In this document: one piece after another, positions 21,226 through 29,272 of the stretch
How positions within the stretch are numbered: the stretch's first letter is position 1
Layout: each line of letters starts with the position of its first letter
Source of the DNA: Deltaproteobacteria bacterium
Lineage (GTDB): Bacteria; Myxococcota_A; UBA796; CAJQPC01
DNA length: 30,543 nt
Direction: 5' to 3'
Assembly (NCBI GenBank): GCA_016717595.1
Contig: JADKFE010000010.1
Location: 113,031 to 143,573, forward strand
Position numbers and translations under genes: made by a program
The notes under the pieces: generated by a model
Told to the model about the DNA's origin: nothing
Databases searched by the model: none
The model's input: only the letters and a program-made list of their open reading frames with translations

Positions 21226-22296
21226 ATGCCCGTCTCGTTCACCCGCCGGAACCTGCTCACCTGGCTCGGCGCAGGCGCCCTGACCGCCGCGCTGCCGGGC
21301 CGCGCCTTCGCCAAGTCCGATGAGATCGAGCCCCTCGCCGCGCTGAAGCTCGCGACGATGAACCAGCGCGACGACGCCTGGGGCAAGGTGCTCAGCGTGT
21401 GGGCCCGCCACTTAGAGAAGGTCTCCAACGGCCAGCTCGACACGAGCGTGATTCACGACGGCGGCGATCGGGGCCTCGATGAAGAAGAGGTCACCCGGCG
21501 CCTGCTCGCTGGGGTGTGGGATGGCGGCGTGGTCACGGCCACGGGGCTCTACCAGGCCGCCCCCGCCGCCCAGGTGCTCCAGCTCCCCGGGCTGTTCGGC
21601 GCTTGGGCCGATGTAGAGGGCGCCTTGGGCCGCGCCCGCCCCGAGCTCGACCGCCAGCTCGCCGCCGCCGGGCTCACCGTGCTCGGCTGGGGCAACGTCG
21701 GCAGCCGCTACCTGTTCACCCGCGGCGTCGCCCTACGCTCTCCCGCCGACATGGGCGCCCAGCAGGTCTATCTGCCCAAGGGTGATCTCGCGCTCAAGGC
21801 GCTCTATGAGGTCGCCGGGGTGCCCGCCCCGCTCACCTTTGATGAGGCCGCCGTGCGCCACCGCCTCACCAAGGCCGAGCTCTCCGTGGTGCCCGCCACC
21901 TTGATGCAGGCCGAGTCCCGCGGCTGGCTCGGCGCGCCGCGCCTCGACCAGCTCGTCGCCGTGCGCCTGGGGGTGCAGGTCGCCGCCCTCGTCATGCGCA
22001 CCGACGCCCTGGACGCCTTGCCCAGCCACCTTCGTGAGCTGGTCTTAGAGACCGGCCCCCTCGCCGCGAGCGGCCTCACCACCCGCACTGAAGAGCTCGA
22101 GGCCGCCGCCTTGGCGCGTGTGCAGCAGCTCACCGCGCCGATCGAGCTCGCTGAAGGGTTTGTGACCCAGTGGGACGACGCCTTCAAGGCCGCCCGCGAG
22201 CGGCTCGTCTCCGGCGGCGCCATGCCCCAGGCGCTCCTGGACCTCATGGCCGCCCCCGCCGCGCCTTCGGGCTTCTCCGGCGCCCAAGGCGGCTGA
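21226..22296 (+). CDS. TRAP-type DctP-like periplasmic solute-binding protein with a Tat signal
   Basis: Twin-arginine signal FTRRNLLTWLGAGALTAALPGRAFA. The body matches the DctP pattern (...GLTVLGWGNVGSRYLFTRGVALRSPADMGAQQVYLPKGDLALKALYEVAGVPAPLTFDEA...). No dctQ or dctM nearby. Confidence 0.5.
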   Translation: MPVSFTRRNLLTWLGAGALTAALPGRAFAKSDEIEPLAALKLATMNQRDDAWGKVLSVWARHLEKVSNGQLDTSVIHDGGDRGLDEEEVTRRLLAGVWDGGVVTATGLYQAAPAAQVLQLPGLFGAWADVEGALGRARPELDRQLAAAGLTVLGWGNVGSRYLFTRGVALRSPADMGAQQVYLPKGDLALKALYEVAGVPAPLTFDEAAVRHRLTKAELSVVPATLMQAESRGWLGAPRLDQLVAVRLGVQVAALVMRTDALDALPSHLRELVLETGPLAASGLTTRTEELEAAALARVQQLTAPIELAEGFVTQWDDAFKAARERLVSGGAMPQALLDLMAAPAAPSGFSGAQGG

Positions 22297-22314
22297 GCTT
22301 CGGCGGTCAGCGCC

Positions 22315-22953
22315 TCAGGGTGTAGGTTTTGTGCGCGGCTCGCTGCGCTCAAACCAGAGGTCAAGGAGCGGCCCGAGCATCGGCAACAAGGCCCAGCGCC
22401 AGTTGCGGCCGAGCTCACGGTGAATGAGCATCGAGGTGAGCCAGAACGCCAGAAAGTCGAAGCCCATGATGAACATGAAGGCTTCAGTTCGGGTGGCGTG
22501 CCACCACACGCCGGGCTCGGTGGCGACGAGGCCCCAGGCGCCCAGGCAGAGCGTCGCCAAGGTGAGCACGCTGACGATGCGGCGCCCGGCGAGGAGCTTG
22601 AGCGGCCCCGTCACCGGCTGGCGTTGGTTAAACGCCGAGCGCAAGAAGAAGCCCGGCAAGAGCGCGAAGGCCCCGAGCACGTTGGCGAGGAGCACAAACG
22701 GCCACAGCGGCAGGGGCCGAGCGTTCAAGAGCGGCGCCGCGCGCGCCCCGATCACCCACGGCCAGATGCCCATGAGCATAAAATGCACGATGACGAGGGG
22801 GTCCTCTCCTTCCCAATCCCCGGTGAGCAGGCGAATCACCCACTCTGACTGATCCGGGCGCGCATCGGGCGAGCCGATGAACGACACGGCCATCAGGGCG
22901 ATCCACACGATCAGATAGCCCAGGCGGTGAACCGGCGGCTCAGGGCTCTCCAC
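22315..22953 (-). CDS. Hypothetical polytopic membrane protein
   Basis: 212 aa with several hydrophobic helices and a WPW motif. Overlaps the upstream gene by 14 nt. Confidence 0.5.
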   Translation of the reverse strand: MESPEPPVHRLGYLIVWIALMAVSFIGSPDARPDQSEWVIRLLTGDWEGEDPLVIVHFMLMGIWPWVIGARAAPLLNARPLPLWPFVLLANVLGAFALLPGFFLRSAFNQRQPVTGPLKLLAGRRIVSVLTLATLCLGAWGLVATEPGVWWHATRTEAFMFIMGFDFLAFWLTSMLIHRELGRNWRWALLPMLGPLLDLWFERSEPRTKPTP

Positions 22954-24019
22954 GGGGGGCCTCCTCGGCGGGGGAGCTGGACGGCGAGGCGGGGACGCCG
23001 CCTTTGATTCTCACCCAGGCCGCGAGGAACTTCTGGTGCAGCCAGTCACGGATGTGGTGGCGCCGACGCCACAAAACCACGGTGCCGATGCCCTTGATCG
23101 TCCACCAGGCGATCATCCACTTGCCGGCGTTCAGCAAGAAGTCCGCCGAGGGGATCCAGGCGAAGGGCAGCTCCGTGGCCTCCGCGGGCGCGGCGACGGG
23201 CTCCTCGGTGGCGATGACCAAGGCGTCGTCTCCACAGCGTAGAACGACCTCGACGGGCCCGGCGCGCCAGCTCTGGTCAGGCGCCCCCGGGAGGCTCGCG
23301 ACGAGCTCGACGCGGTGCGGGCCGGGGCTGAGGCTCACGGGCGCGTGGTGGTCAGGGGTGCAAGCGGCGTAGATCAGGTCTTGGCCGCGGCCAACCCAGC
23401 TCCCGCCAAACGGCGCGGGCTCTGGCAGCGAGGCCGACGGGCGCCAGAGCTGGCCGTCTACCCAGGTCTCGAACAGGAAGGCGTCGCGCCAGGGCTCGGC
23501 GGAGGGGTGAAGGGTGAGGCTCACCTTGGCCGAGGCGGCGTCGAGGGCCTCGGAGCAGGCGCCAGAGTCCGTGGCGACGACCACGGGGCCGCGCTCGTGG
23601 GGATCGACGGAGAGCGCGCCCAACGCGACGGGCGGCGGCGCGGGGGCGGTGAGGTTCAGGTGCAGCGCGCGGGGCCCCCGCTGATCCCCGGCGCCGCCCA
23701 AGATGACCCGGCTTCCTGGGCGCAGCGCGCCCTCTTGAGGCCTCACCAAGAGCACGCCGGGGTGGGTGGCGCTGGCCTCCTCGACGACGGGCACCGCCGC
23801 GCCGCCCTCGACGGTGAGCCCCCGCGGCTCATCAAAGGGCGCGCAGCCCGAGCGGAGGAGCGCGATGGCGCTGAGGTTGGCCGGGACCGAGGCGCCGTCC
23901 CCCGGCACCGAGGCCGCGGGGTGGCAAGGATGGGGGGAGCACGCCCAGGCGGCGGCGGGCGCCAGGCCAGAGAGGCCGACCACCGCAGCGGACAGGAGCA
24001 GGGCGCGCTGAAACACCAT
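22940..24019 (-). CDS. Secreted protein with a cleavable signal peptide and a C-terminal TM anchor
   Basis: The internal ATG at 24019 gives MVFQRALLLSAAVVGLSGLAPAAAWA|CSP.... The C-terminal TM is WMIAWWTIKGIGTVVLW followed by RRRHH. Strong GC3 bias. The N-terminal 70 aa of the track ORF is 5' UTR. Confidence 0.55.
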   Translation of the reverse strand: MVFQRALLLSAAVVGLSGLAPAAAWACSPHPCHPAASVPGDGASVPANLSAIALLRSGCAPFDEPRGLTVEGGAAVPVVEEASATHPGVLLVRPQEGALRPGSRVILGGAGDQRGPRALHLNLTAPAPPPVALGALSVDPHERGPVVVATDSGACSEALDAASAKVSLTLHPSAEPWRDAFLFETWVDGQLWRPSASLPEPAPFGGSWVGRGQDLIYAACTPDHHAPVSLSPGPHRVELVASLPGAPDQSWRAGPVEVVLRCGDDALVIATEEPVAAPAEATELPFAWIPSADFLLNAGKWMIAWWTIKGIGTVVLWRRRHHIRDWLHQKFLAAWVRIKGGVPASPSSSPAEEAPRGEP

Positions 24020-24091
24020 CACCTCGGCGCATGACGTGGACACCAGGACGTAGCGCGGCAAGCGGGGGGGTGCATCTTGGCGGATGGTTGA

Positions 24092-24107
24092 TTGGTTGAC
24101 CAACCAA
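24092..24107. promoter_or_regulatory. Perfect palindrome TTGGTTGACCAACCAA, preceded by a direct TGGTTGA repeat, 73-88 nt upstream of the 24019 gene
   Basis: Read directly: ggaTGGTTGAtTGGTTGACCAACCAAaca. Sits in the low-GC intergenic region. Confidence 0.45.
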
Positions 24108-24252
24108 ACACGCGATAGCCCTCCCTTCCGGAGTGGGGCCGGGTTGGCGCCTGCGGCGCCAGTGTTCAGCGCGGCGGTCGGCTCGACATCATGAGCCCGA
24201 CTTCGCAACCGCTCGCACCTTATAGGCATCGATATCTCCTAAAGCCGTAAAT

Positions 24253-24288
24253 CGCTGACTAATACCCTGAGTTCCAGTGGTATCAGCG
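24253..24288 (-). terminator. Imperfect hairpin: CGCTGA/TCAGCG and TACC/GGTA stems, 12-nt loop. The minus-strand RNA continues UUUACGGCUUU. A possible terminator for the upstream minus-strand operon.
   Basis: Self-complementarity read from the sequence. It lies ~330 nt downstream of the 24616 gene end, inside the low-GC spacer. Confidence 0.2.
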
Positions 24289-24615
24289 ACGCCTACGACA
24301 ACTCTTCCGCCTTTGCGGCGATCGACACTCCTCAACGCACGTCGGGAGACTCGCTTTGATGGCGCGCCCCCTCAAATCCAATCTCCACAGATGAGCGTCT
24401 GGGTATGCGCAGCACCATGTCCTGGCTCAGGCAAGGCCCCTGAACGTCACCCCTAAACACGAGGTGATTCTTACACCTCACCCGACAGTCGGTAGCCGAA
24501 GGTCAATCTTAGGAATGCGTCTTGTTTTGTGCCTTTGTAGCCAATAGGCTGAATTCGAGCGTTAGTCTTTGGGTCTGGCCCGATCTGCCCACAATCCTGT
24601 TGGTCATTGTTGTCG

Positions 24616-25071
24616 TCATCGCGAAAGCTTGGAGTCGTCGCGCTCACCGCTGCAGTCATTGACCACACCATCGCAGACCTCTCTCGCACCAGGAAAACGA
24701 CTACGATCCGCATCGTTGCAGTCCCCCTCCTTTGGGGCCGTTCTCTTCGGGCAGACGCTCCCCGCGTACCGCTCGGGGCGAGCGCCCTTCCTCCCAAAAC
24801 CATCCCCGTCGTCGTCGGGATAACAGTCAACCCCCGCCGCAATGGCGCCCTTGGGGGGCTCACCCTCCGCGACGGCGTCATTCGCCGCCCCTTCCCCAGC
24901 CGTTGGTGGCTTTGGCGCCGCTGGAGGCTTCGCGGCCTGCTCGCCGAGGGCTGGCGCCCCCGGGCCGCCCAACGTCTCGTCTTGGGGCGTCGACCGAGCC
25001 CACACGATCCACAACGCGAGCAGCGCGGTGACGAGCCCCACCAATCCGCCGATGATCAGCGGTCTCTTCAT
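24616..25071 (-). CDS. Small membrane-anchored protein with a Pro-rich linker and a MopE-like Cys-rich putative metal-binding motif
   Basis: N-terminal TM MKRPLIIGGLVGLVTALLALWIVWA. The motif is VDCYPDDDGDGFG...GDCNDADRSRFPGAREVCDGVVNDCSGERDD (DCDD...PGAxExCDGxDNDC repeat). Its ATG overlaps the upstream stop (ATGA). Confidence 0.6.
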   Translation of the reverse strand: MKRPLIIGGLVGLVTALLALWIVWARSTPQDETLGGPGAPALGEQAAKPPAAPKPPTAGEGAANDAVAEGEPPKGAIAAGVDCYPDDDGDGFGRKGARPERYAGSVCPKRTAPKEGDCNDADRSRFPGAREVCDGVVNDCSGERDDSKLSR

Positions 25072-25844
25072 CTCGTCGTTCGGAAGGGGCTTAGGGGGCC
25101 CTCACTGCGCTGGCGGCGCGCGCGGCTGCTCAAGGGCAAGGGAGACAGCGCGGGAGGCGGCGAGGGAGACGCTGCGGTCAGGCTCGCGAGCTGGGCGGCG
25201 GTGGGGACCGGGATGTTCAGTCGTGTCTCCGCCTCGCTCAAGGCGCTCGGCAGCGGAGCGGCCGCGGGGAGAGGCGCAGCGCTCGGGCGCGCCGCAACCG
25301 TCGAGGGCCGGGTCGGCGGCGAGATCACCGTCTTGTCGTCGTCCTCCTCGTCGTCCTCGTCGAGCTCTGGGTGAAGCGCGACGTGCTGGAGCTGGGCCGT
25401 GCGGAACCGGTCCGAAGGCGCCATGAGCCCCGCCGCAGGGGCGGGCTCGGCGGCGGGGGACGGGGGCGCTCGCCGGACTCGGCACGAAGCTCTTCCTCTT
25501 CTCCGGCGCGGCTCAAGCTCAAGCTCTTCCGTAGGCGGACGAAAGACGGCGTCGGGGAAGTCGCTGGTCGCCCTCGACAGGCTCGGCCAACCCCGGCCGA
25601 TGTCCAACCCGGCGGCGTCGATCTGCGAGCGGCCCTCTCTCAGGCAGCTCGGTCTGTTGCGCCTGCGGCGGGCGAGGCTCAGCCGCCATCCGCTCGCCCT
25701 CCAGACCGGCCCTTCTCGACGGTCAGAGCGGTCGAGGAGGCCTCTTCTGCCGCGCCAGTCTCCGCGGACCCTGCTCCTTGAGGGCTCTGCCTCCCTCTCG
25801 TCTGAGTCACGAAGCGCGGCCGCTCCTCCCCGGGATGCGAACAT
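25068..25844 (-). CDS. Hypothetical Arg/Pro/Ser-rich, low-complexity protein. Frame uncertain.
   Basis: It is the only ORF spanning the gap. Both ends overlap neighbouring start/stop codons in this frame (TGATG at the 5' end, ATGA at the 3' end). The composition looks like a disordered protein or an off-frame artefact. Confidence 0.3.
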   Translation of the reverse strand: MFASRGGAAALRDSDEREAEPSRSRVRGDWRGRRGLLDRSDRREGPVWRASGWRLSLARRRRNRPSCLREGRSQIDAAGLDIGRGWPSLSRATSDFPDAVFRPPTEELELEPRRRRGRASCRVRRAPPSPAAEPAPAAGLMAPSDRFRTAQLQHVALHPELDEDDEEDDDKTVISPPTRPSTVAARPSAAPLPAAAPLPSALSEAETRLNIPVPTAAQLASLTAASPSPPPALSPLPLSSRARRQRSEGPLSPFRTTR

Positions 25845-26512
25845 CAGGCCGGCGGGGCAGGGGGCTCCGGCTCCAACGGCGGGCGCCCCGAGGGCGGAGG
25901 ATCACCCTCAGCGGGCTCCTCGGCGATGCGCCCTGTAGACAGCGCCTCCCGCTCCTCTACAGTCGGCCTATCGAGCACCCCCGGCGCGCCCGCGCCCACC
26001 AGGAGGCTCTTCAGCGCGTCGAGCTGCGCGGCACGCTCCGGTCCAGGCGGCAGGCGGGACGACCAGAGCTCGCGGATCAGCGTGGCGGCGATGGGCTCGG
26101 GGGGCGTCGTCGTGGCGCCGATGAACATGCGGCGCGCGAGGGGATCGCCCTCCCAGTGCTCCAGCGGCGCCAGAAGCTCGTACAAGACCGGCAACAAGAG
26201 GCCGGGATCACCTCCGTACGCGGCGCGAAAGATCCCCCGCGCCGCCGCGCGGTCGAGGGTGCCCAAGGGGTAGATGAGGCTGTGCTGCCACACCGCCCGG
26301 CGCCCATCAAACTCCAAAAACTTGCGTCCGAACAGGGTGATCACGTCACCCACCCCCGCGAGCGACTCCTCATAGAGCGCCCACGGGTCGGGCTTGGTCT
26401 GCTGCAGACGAAGCCCCACCTGCTCCACGGGCCCGACGCCTCGCCCCCGAAGCTCGGTGACGAAACGATAGTCCTGCCTCCAGCGGAGATTTAGGAAGTG
26501 GGCGGGCTTCAC
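25844..26512 (-). CDS. Hypothetical protein, 222 aa, translationally coupled to the GTPase gene
   Basis: The GTG start overlaps the GTPase stop (GTGA). Good GC3. No recognisable motif. Confidence 0.5.
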   Translation of the reverse strand: MKPAHFLNLRWRQDYRFVTELRGRGVGPVEQVGLRLQQTKPDPWALYEESLAGVGDVITLFGRKFLEFDGRRAVWQHSLIYPLGTLDRAAARGIFRAAYGGDPGLLLPVLYELLAPLEHWEGDPLARRMFIGATTTPPEPIAATLIRELWSSRLPPGPERAAQLDALKSLLVGAGAPGVLDRPTVEEREALSTGRIAEEPAEGDPPPSGRPPLEPEPPAPPA

Positions 26513-27609
26513 CGGTCGGCGCTCCCGTATACCTCAGTGCTCCCCGTGAACAGATGATCAAGCTCTAGTCCCGCCACGATCGCGCCCAGGCACTCGTGAA
26601 CCCCGGCGCCTGAGCGCGCAGACCCGAACACATACCAGGAGTCTCGTCGGGGGTTGAAGCTCTTCTGCAGCAGGAGATCGACGTGCTGGCGTAGCTCCAA
26701 CATCGCCGGATCCGCCTCGGGGCCCTGCGCTGGCACGTTGGGGAGCTTGTCTACCTTGTTAAAGAACACCACGATCGAGGAGACGACCTCCCGGGCGACG
26801 TCTCGCTCGTAGGTGGCGCGCAGCCGCGCCTCGCTGACATAATCCGCGTTCTTGGCCACCCCCGCGCAGACATCCCAGATCATCAGCGCCACCGCGCGGC
26901 CTTTGTTCTCTTTGTGATGGCGATCGATCATGTTCCCGATCTGCTCGGGGGAGCCGCCCGCGATGTCCACAAAGTCAACGGCGTGCAGCACACGCAGGCC
27001 GTTCTCGTCTCCCCAGCACAGCGGCACCGGGCTCGTCCGATATTGCGCCATGGTGGACTGTATCGAATCTAAATCTTTCGGCGTCGCGGTGGGGTTGGTG
27101 AGGCGCTCCATCAGCGTCGTCTTCCCGCCCTTGGACATCCCGTCCATAAAGACGGTGTGGATACGAAGCGGCACGGCCTGCTTCGCGAGCTCCATGTTGA
27201 TGCGGTTGATGTGCGCGAGCTCTCGCTTGAGATCGGTGTTCTGCGCGTCGTAATCTCGATTGGCCGTGCGGTACTCGCTGAGCTGGCCCTCGACCTGGGC
27301 GGAGCGGGACTTGAGGTGGGTGAGCTGGGCCCGAAGATCGGTGACCAGCTTCTCTTGTTCAGCAAAGCTGGCCAACATCCCCTCGCGCTCCCGCTGATGT
27401 CCCTCCATGCGTGAGATCAGCTCGCGCCTCTGCTGAGTCGAGTCATCCACTTGCGCAAGAAGCTCAGCGGTGTGCTGCTGCGCCTCCTGGAGCTGGGCCA
27501 AGATGGCGTTATGCTCTTGTTCGTGATCCCGAAGCTGAAACCCCAACCAAACCACGACGACGACCAAGACAACAACCGAGACGAGCAGAGCGACGACGAG
27601 AACTTCCAT
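26509..27609 (-). CDS. Membrane-anchored coiled-coil Ras-like small GTPase
   Basis: N-terminal TM MEVLVVALLVSVVVLVVVVVWLGF. About 140 aa of heptad-like coiled coil. G1 GMSKGGKTT, G3 DIAGG, G4 NKVD, G5 SAR. ATG at 27609 with a GAAGGTG SD; the track begins at an upstream GTG, 27618. GC3 is visibly lower than in the flanking genes. Confidence 0.65.
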   Translation of the reverse strand: MEVLVVALLVSVVVLVVVVVWLGFQLRDHEQEHNAILAQLQEAQQHTAELLAQVDDSTQQRRELISRMEGHQREREGMLASFAEQEKLVTDLRAQLTHLKSRSAQVEGQLSEYRTANRDYDAQNTDLKRELAHINRINMELAKQAVPLRIHTVFMDGMSKGGKTTLMERLTNPTATPKDLDSIQSTMAQYRTSPVPLCWGDENGLRVLHAVDFVDIAGGSPEQIGNMIDRHHKENKGRAVALMIWDVCAGVAKNADYVSEARLRATYERDVAREVVSSIVVFFNKVDKLPNVPAQGPEADPAMLELRQHVDLLLQKSFNPRRDSWYVFGSARSGAGVHECLGAIVAGLELDHLFTGSTEVYGSADR

Positions 27610-27640
27610 CACTGACACCTTCGAGACCTAGTTTCAAGCG

Positions 27641-27672
27641 CCGATGATCGCTCAGCGCCAGCGCATCATCGG
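27641..27672. promoter_or_regulatory. Inverted repeat CCGATGAT-N16-ATCATCGG in the divergent GTPase-operon/kinase promoter region
   Basis: Read directly: gCCGATGATcgctcagcgccagcgcATCATCGGatc. Confidence 0.4.
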
Positions 27673-27680
27673 ATCTGCGT

Positions 27681-27686
27681 TATAAT
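27681..27686 (+). promoter_or_regulatory. Consensus TATAAT -10 box, 54 nt upstream of the kinase ATG. No good -35; the inverted repeat occupies that position.
   Basis: gcgtTATAATagag, in a locally AT-rich stretch of a 70% GC genome. Confidence 0.35.
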
Positions 27687-27739
27687 AGAGTCGATAAGGA
27701 AGCACAACCACCCCGCTGTTTTTACCAGGTAGTGAAGCA

Positions 27740-29272
27740 ATGCTCGCGCCTTCGCAGATCCGTCCCGGCCAAGTCTTTGGTAAGTACACCCTCGTCAAGC
27801 CCCTCGGCGAAGGAGCCTTCGGCGGCGTGTGGCTCGCAGAGCGCGTCACCAACCACCAGCAGCACCAGCTCAACCGCCCCGTCGCCTTGAAGCTGCGCCA
27901 TCGGCACGAGTCGCAGACGGACATGCACGACGCCAACCTGTCCTTTCTGCGCGATTGGTACGTCGGGAACCTCATCCAGCACCCCAACATCGTCGCGATT
28001 CAAGACGTGGTGACCGAGGGCCCCGACATCGCCATCGTCATGGAGTGGGTCGACGGGTACACCTTTGGCGACATCTTCCGCCGCCTGACGTCTCTGGACG
28101 CGTTCTTGCCGTTGTCCGCGGTGCTTGAGGCCGGGATCGGCGTCTGCGCGGGGCTGCACGCCTTACACTCCGTTCGGCGCCCCGACGGCACCCCCTACAA
28201 CATCGTGCATCGCGACATCAAGCCCCAAAACCTGATGATCGACCTTCACGGCGTGGTGCGGGTGCTTGACCTCGGCATCGCCAAGAGCGAGGAGCTCCCC
28301 GGAGAGCGCACCGCGCACGGCATCGCCAAAGGCACCATCGAGTACATGGCGCCTGAGCAATACCTGAGCGACAACCTCTCTCCCGCCACCGACCTCTTCC
28401 CCTTGGGGGTGGTGCTGTTTGAGCTGGCGACAAAAGAGCGGCTCTTTCGGCCTGAAGCGGACGACTCCCGGCTCTTTCGGCGCAAGCGCAGCGGCCACGC
28501 GGCGAGCCGAGTCAACGCGCATGAGGCTCGCCTCGGCCCCTTCGCGCCTGTGCTGCTGGACTGCCTGGCCATCGAGCCTGAGGATCGCCCGCAGAGCGCT
28601 GAGGAGCTCGGTCATACGCTGCAGGGGCTCTTGGACGGCGCGCCCCGCGGGCCGGGGCTGCACGACCTGATGTCGGCGTTTCGAGGGGAGATCCCGCCCC
28701 GAATGGCCCAGAGCCCGGAGTGGGCGCCGTTGGCGCTGGCCCTCGATCGCCCCCGCCGCCCAACCCCCGTGGTTCATCTGCCGCGAAAAAACATCGCGCT
28801 GCTGCTGCCTGGCCTCGACATGCCAGAGACGATCGTCGAGGCGCTCTCGCCCATTGATGAAGACGGTGATGTTGCCATTGAGCATAGCGTCGTTGTTCCC
28901 GCGACGCTCCCAACCCCAGAGGCGAACCTCACGCCCCTCCCCCTCCCCGACCCGCCCACACGCTCGCTGCCGTTCTCGCCGACGCCCAGCCCGATCCCGC
29001 TCTCGGGCCAGACCACGAGGATCAGGACGACGACGCCGTCTCCGACCCCACCACCGACGCCGACCCCACCCCGCCCAGAGCGCGCCCGGTCACGCCGACG
29101 CCACCGCCCACGCCGGTCGTGGCGCCGCCAGCCCCCCCGCCGCTCATCCGATCCGCGTTTGTGCCGCCCAAGGCGCCGACGCCGCCCAGCCCTCCGCCCC
29201 GCGCCCCGATCGCGGCGCCGCCGCTGGCGCCCGCGTTCATGTCAACCAGAACGCCCTCCCCCGCGCTCGTGA
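27740..29272 (+). CDS. Hanks-type Ser/Thr protein kinase. The N-terminal kinase domain runs to about residue 300. The C-terminal ~170 aa in this frame are Pro-rich, then Arg-rich, and are probably off-frame.
   Basis: Gly-loop LGEGAFGGV, VALKL, HRDIKPQN, DLG and APE motifs. After ~29060 the frame turns Arg-rich (RSRRRHRPRRSWRRQ...), whereas frame 1 reads as a natural Pro/Ala linker. Confidence 0.8.
   Translation: MLAPSQIRPGQVFGKYTLVKPLGEGAFGGVWLAERVTNHQQHQLNRPVALKLRHRHESQTDMHDANLSFLRDWYVGNLIQHPNIVAIQDVVTEGPDIAIVMEWVDGYTFGDIFRRLTSLDAFLPLSAVLEAGIGVCAGLHALHSVRRPDGTPYNIVHRDIKPQNLMIDLHGVVRVLDLGIAKSEELPGERTAHGIAKGTIEYMAPEQYLSDNLSPATDLFPLGVVLFELATKERLFRPEADDSRLFRRKRSGHAASRVNAHEARLGPFAPVLLDCLAIEPEDRPQSAEELGHTLQGLLDGAPRGPGLHDLMSAFRGEIPPRMAQSPEWAPLALALDRPRRPTPVVHLPRKNIALLLPGLDMPETIVEALSPIDEDGDVAIEHSVVVPATLPTPEANLTPLPLPDPPTRSLPFSPTPSPIPLSGQTTRIRTTTPSPTPPPTPTPPRPERARSRRRHRPRRSWRRQPPRRSSDPRLCRPRRRRRPALRPAPRSRRRRWRPRSCQPERPPPRS

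Noticed and set aside
24230-24470. A search for a tRNA or other structured RNA in the low-GC spacer
   Set aside because: I found no T-loop-like GTTCGAATC/GGTTCRA element or cloverleaf. Only the imperfect hairpin at 24253-24288 was found, and it is reported at low confidence as a terminator candidate. Without a covariance-model scan I cannot exclude an ncRNA.
24471-24881. A 136-aa minus ORF overlapping the 3' end of the MopE-like gene and extending into the low-GC spacer. Its tail is ...DDDNNDQQDCGQ....
   Set aside because: It is in a different frame from the MopE-like gene, which already completes its motif. The extension has GC3 of about 55%, unlike host genes, so it is probably non-coding. 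I kept only the possibility of a frameshifted tail as a remote alternative.
24607-25374. A 255-aa + strand ORF ending in a poly-Ser run
   Set aside because: Trp/Arg-rich off-frame reading opposite the MopE-like gene and the 258-aa gene. The poly-Ser run reflects the (tcg tcc)n complement of an acidic or Gly-rich stretch.
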